Source: Octopus bimaculoides
Lineage: Eukaryota
Length of the DNA stretch: 32,600 nt
NCBI RefSeq assembly: GCF_001194135.2
Contig: NC_068983.1
Span: 9,987,329 to 10,019,928 of the forward strand
Reading direction: 5' to 3'
Shown here: in pieces, positions 31,087 through 32,600 of the stretch
Layout: every line of letters starts with the position of its first letter
Position numbering within the stretch: the first letter of the stretch is position 1
The notes under the pieces: generated by a model
Told to the model about the DNA's origin: nothing
Seen by the model: only the letters and a program-made list of their open reading frames with translations
Databases searched by the model: none
Translations under genes and position numbers: made by a program

Positions 31087-31488
31087 GTAAGTTCCCTCTA
31101 CCTGTGAATCTGCCTTTCCTGCCATCCCCCCACCCTCAGTTAATATAACAACTGATCAATTTATAGATAAACTTTAACTATTATTTCTCTGTCCAGATGG
31201 TGTCTCTGAGTATTAAACCTCACTGATTTATTTATTTAAAATATGCTTATTTTTTACATCTCGTTATTATCATCTTGTTGAATGTATTTGGGTTTACCCG
31301 ACTTCATCATGCCACTCACCACAATCTCATACAACATTCAGGAAATCAGCTGGGCACAATATCCCATATTAATATAGTGCTGATCAATTAAGGTTTTTAA
31401 CTGGACAGCCAACCCTGTTGGATGTCCATTGGTGTGTTTCGCTAATGAGTTTTTTGCATAACTCTCTGGCATTATCCTACAAGTCACT

Positions 31489-31526
<38 letters not shown>

Positions 31527-31880
31527 ATCAACCCCACCCATACTTCTTTTACATGCGTTAACTTATAAACGTTCAAATTCGCCATGGGTCATATTAATCT
31601 CACTGCACTAATTTGTAGAGCCTGCCCTAGCCATAAGCTCTGTCCCTTCTCTTACTAATTCTGGAACCCCTAAATATTTTGTATATAAAATATCATGTTA
31701 GTTTGTGTTACACTAAAGGTAAAATTTGGTCTTGATATAGATGTGATATAAATTATTAAACTTTCCAGCCTGTTGTCTCTTATCCAACCCAGCCAGCTAC
31801 TTGCACTCTCAACACATACTACAAAACAAAAAACAAAAGGCAACCAATATTGTAACATGCATGTTATTTTTACTTTCTAG

Positions 31881-32042
31881 GCCTGAATCTGAGAAAGATA
31901 GTGTCTGGCTTGTCGCACCACTCATATCGAAATTGCCATCAACTGTCCAAGGGCGCTTACTTAAGCTGGCTGGCCAAGTTCTTGAAAGCAGTAGTAACTT
32001 TCTATCAAAGACAAAATATGACAAAGAGAAAAACCAAAGAAA
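31881..32042 (+). CDS. MED12: MED12 exon 20 of those visible (2 to 2); gene continues beyond the window
   Basis: tctag|G...AA|gtaag; PESEKDSVWLVAPLISKLPSTVQGRLLKLAGQVLE (VWLVAPLI.KLP..VQG motif). Confidence 0.96.
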
Positions 32043-32367
32043 GTAAGTTTTTTTTTTAAGTCTTTCTGTTCTGCTTTGACCTTAGAAATTTATTTATTTC
32101 CTTTTTATAACATTTTCACCATAAAATCTCTCTTATGTGTGTGTGTGTATTTACAAACATACACACACCTTATTTGGTGGCATATGAGATGCACTTTTTT
32201 CTCAAAAATGTGTCTCATAAAATTCACACCAGCTTCTATATGTGAAGTTGGGCCTCCAACTAAACATTACATACTTTAATGCACTAAAAATTTTTTCCTG
32301 AATATGTACTTGGTTTGTCTAATGTGTCAGTGTCTTTTATGCCATTAAATGCTGTGAATATATATAT

Positions 32368-32600
32368 ATCATCATCATCATCATCATCGTTTAACGTCCG
32401 CTTTCCATGCTAGCATGGGTTGGACGATTTGACTGAGGACTGGTGAAACCGGATGGCAACACCAGGCTCCAGTCTGATTTGGCAGAGTTTCTACAGCTGG
32501 ATGCCCTTCCTAACGCCAACCACTCAGAGAGTGTAGTGGGTGCTTTTACGTGTCACCCGCACGAAAACGGCCACGCTCGAAATGGTGTCTTTTATGTGCC
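32368..32600 (-). mobile_element. Family B retroposon, running off the window end
   Basis: (atc)n gtttaacgtccgctttccatgctagc...ggccacgctcgaaatggtg. Confidence 0.9.

Noticed and set aside
849-32600. Recurrent short ORFs such as MKPDGYTRLQSDLAEFLQLDALPNAN, YDGLLSVSVYQIHSQGFGRPEAIVEDTCP and MPPAQEPVQ
   Set aside because: They are translations of SINE families A and B; recurrence reflects repeat copies, not a peptide gene family.
1-32600. Hammerhead ribozyme or retrozyme
   Set aside because: I found no CTGANGA...GAAA core with flanking helices by eye; an Infernal search would be needed to exclude one formally.

Overview
AT-rich eukaryotic genomic DNA, most likely an octopod cephalopod (inferred from AT content, microsatellite load and tRNA-derived SINE families). 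The window is an internal part of the Mediator kinase-module gene MED12 on the + strand. Twenty GT-AG exons (473-32042) splice by hand into one stop-free frame of 3632 nt (~1210 codons) resembling the central region of human MED12 as I recall it. Neither the start nor the stop codon is in the window. One expected conserved segment is missing between the exons at 28045-28146 and 30947-31086 and probably lies in the N gap at 29815-30436. Introns are packed with mobile DNA: several SINE families with shuffled modules, TTAA-flanked MITEs, a decayed mariner fragment, and a decayed RTE LINE 3' end split by a nested insertion. There are seven N gaps. I found no convincing wholly new system. The best leads are a candidate A-to-I Arg-to-Gly site at a splice donor, inverted SINE pairs that could form dsRNA or circRNA, modular SINE architecture and a microsatellite-embedded element. 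All alignments and translations were done by eye. Family labels A-H are my own.
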